This document shows positions 61,516-64,000 of a stretch of 64,000 nucleotides of DNA, piece by piece. Source of the stretch: Dendrobates tinctorius (Eukaryota). The notes beneath the pieces are model-generated. The model was given only the letters and a program-made list of their open reading frames with translations, was not told the origin of the DNA and did not search any database. The position numbers were made by a program, and so were the translations under genes. Position 1 is the stretch's first letter. Each line of letters starts with the position of its first letter. Where the stretch lies: assembly GCF_039654945.1 (NCBI RefSeq), contig NW_027361741.1, positions 7,998,001-8,062,000 on the forward strand. Reading direction: 5' to 3'.

Positions 61516-61560
61516 GGTCATTATGAGTAAGACTCTGTTGAGTTGAAACACGTAAATGCC
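61516..61560 (+). ncRNA. Minimal hammerhead-ribozyme-like motif in the pLTR
   Basis: CATT-ATGAGTAA-GACTC-tgtt-GAGTT-GAAACACGTA-AATG. Confidence 0.55.
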
Positions 61561-61833
61561 TGTCTTCACCATGGTTTTTTAACCTGAATCCTGCTTTTGG
61601 TTTTTTAATGAAGATTTCTCAATAAAGATTCTATTTTTAAGTAAGAAGATGTGCTGGAATATTTGGATCTTTGCATTTATGTCAGCTTGTGACATTTCCT
61701 AGCACCTTCATCAAAGAACTGCCTCCAACGTGACAAGTAAAAAAGGTGAGCTGAATATATTCGTTTTTTGGACTTTGCAAGCTTTTTTTTGTGCTCCCTT
61801 TTAAGAGAACTGTGTTTTCTATTATAATATAAC

Positions 61834-62694
61834 ATGGATACTAATGTTGGGGCAGAGTCAACTTTTACTATTACTAATGAGGAACCAGATGATTTTTTCA
61901 CTGTGAACAATGCAACCAGACTCAGCAAAATGACTGCACTTTTCAATAAGGAAATTCTCATCCCAGATGATACCTCTAACCTTAAGAACAATATGAGGGA
62001 GTTGGAAAAATATATGGTCGTACGCCTTAAACTTTGGTGGGATAGCCATACTCTCCAACAATTTCTAGAAAGGAACATGATTCCAAGGGGTCTGCGTCTT
62101 AGGAAAAGACCTACACAGAACCTGGATGATTCTTTTCTTGAACAATGGGATTCTATCTTGAGTCAATGCTCAAATAGACTTATGGAATTGATTGTAAAAT
62201 ATGAAACCAAGAAAATGCAGTCACTTGAAAAGTCTATTAAAGAACTGGAGATATCAATACAAGATCATAAAGATACGGAGAATTATCGCATTTTAAAAAA
62301 GAACATCAATGAGAATTTGGGTAAACTTGAGGATTCAATTGCTCAGTTGAAATAGAAAAAATTTAAAAGGGATATTCGTGATTATGAAAATAATAAAATT
62401 TATAACTGGCATAAGAATAAAAGAGAAAAAAGAAATAAATCACCAAAACCGATTCTTAAATCGACTCATACAACTGTGCCGGCTGAACGGCGTGTGAGCT
62501 TCAGTTCTATAGAACCAATCTTCTCTGAAGGATTTTCTGACACCTCAGAGTCAGAAAGGGAGGTAGAAGTGGTTTCTATTAACAATCAATCTTCAAAAAA
62601 CGGACTGCCACAAAGAAGTCCAAAAGAACCAGACGGGCAGGACGCAAACATAAGAAAATGTACTCACGGATATCCGACTCGGAAAAACAAATAA
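61834..62694 (+). pseudogene. Penelope-like ORF1 (~286 codons, one internal TAG at 62353)
   Basis: LWWD..L..FL....IPRGLR motif, a predicted coiled coil, then K*KKFKRD..DY and a basic/Ser-acidic tail, all in one frame. Confidence 0.7.
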
Positions 62695-64000
62695 ATAACT
62701 GTTCACAAGAACATACTGTTTTGAATCTCTCGGCTACCATTCTGCTGGAGTCTGATATAAGACTTTTAAAAAAAGGACTGAATTTTGTGCCTAAAAAGGA
62801 CTTTGACCTTTTGCATACCATGATGGATATTAACAAATTTGTCCGTAAGATCACTGTTAAAAAACATTATTATAATGAAGAAAGTCTTAACAAGTCTCCT
62901 AGCTGTAATTGGACTAAGTTTTTTTCTAATGATTTGCTTACTTTTCCTGAACAGATTAGTGTCATGAATTTGGAGTCATGTATAGAAAATGAGCTTAAGG
63001 TGGACGAAAAAATTTTTTGTACTAGAGTTCCTAACCCTCAGTTCTATCCTACACAATCAAGGACCCCCAGTATGGATGATTTCCAGTATTTGGTTGAGTC
63101 TGAACTTCTCAATCTAGTTTTAATCTCTCTAAAGCTGAACAAGACTCATTGAAAAAACTACAGGTTAATCCTAATATCAATATTAAAAATTCTGATAAAG
63201 GGGTTTCTGTGGTTGTGTTGGATAGGGGTTTATATGAACGAGAGATTTACATGATGCTGGAAGATACTAACATCTATATGCATTTGAATCATGATCCTAC
63301 AGAACGAATTAGGGGCTTTTTAAAGTCCTTATTATCAGAAGGTGTTTTTTTGGGGATTATTAATCAAAAGCAGTGTGATTTTTTTTCAGCCTGATTATAT
63401 ACAAACACCATTGTTTCATGCATTTCCTAAAACACATAAGTCCATTTTTCCACCCCCACTACGTCCAATAGTGTCGGGTATTAACTCGTTGACTGAGCAT
63501 CTTGGCGAGTGGTTGGATGACAGGTTAAAACCAATTTCGTACCGATCACCTAGTTATATCAGGGACTCCAAGCATGTTTTGAATCTGGTACATAATCTTG
63601 AATGGTCTGAGAATTATCAATGGCTGACATGTGACATTGCATCCCTATATTCCTCAATTCCTCACAGTTTGGCTCTTATGGCTTTAAGAGACCAACTTGA
63701 GAAATATTCTTGCTATACCCCAGATCACCAGGATTTTATCATCAGTGTTACAAATTTTCTTTTGAAAAATAATTATTTTATGTTTCTTAAGAAATTTTAT
63801 TTACAGATTCAAGGTTGTGCAATGGGGGCCAAATTTAGCCCCTACCTGGCTATTATTTTTATGAATTGGTTTGAACAACAGTATATATATAGTGATTTAA
63901 ATCCTTTTTTGGATAGCATCTATATTTATACACGTTATATTGATGATGTCCTGGTGATCTGGAGGGGTGACAAAATTGAAATTAGTGCATTTATTGCATA
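62583..64000 (+). pseudogene. Penelope-like ORF2 (reverse transcriptase), frameshifted near 63150 and 63390
   Basis: The -1 frame is open from 62583. PLE RT motifs continue through YIDD at ~63936-63947. Confidence 0.85.

Larger units (their letters stand above)
61231..64000 (+). mobile_element. Penelope-like retroelement (pLTR, ORF1, RT), runs off the window
   Basis: RT motifs LLKKGLNFVP, IKNSDKG, LRPIVSG, CDIASLYSSIPH, QGCAMGAKFSP and YTRYIDD. Upstream hammerhead-like motif and AATAAA. Confidence 0.9.

Overview
Eukaryotic, repeat-dominated window. The transposon repertoire (Kolobok/T2 MITEs, V-SINE, L2, CR1, Tc1 families, Penelope, sushi-type chromoviruses) suggests a vertebrate, probably a frog; this is inference. 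No host exon or RNA gene is supported. The window is mostly nested, decayed mobile elements. (1) A Ty1/copia element (~21.8-37.5 kb) is interrupted by a foldback insert, a BEL/Pao element (itself carrying a hAT MITE) and a non-autonomous LTR element (carrying a Harbinger MITE). (2) An L2 LINE is interrupted by a minisatellite-bearing element and a Penelope insertion. (3) Two near-full-length sushi/Tf1-type chromodomain Gypsy elements lie tail-to-tail, and two related solo LTRs are present. (4) There are several Tc1 elements (DD34E, DD37E), hAT, Harbinger, Kolobok and Helitron pieces. (5) A Penelope-like element runs off the right edge. Strongest leads: the Penelope-like element appears to have two overlapping ORFs joined by an in-phase A_AAA_AAC -1 frameshift site; the chromoviruses show tRNA-independent self-priming with a compensatory base change and 6-bp TSDs; the BEL element also looks self-primed; and the hammerhead-like motifs carry covarying 3:8 core pairs. 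All coordinates and counts were read by eye.
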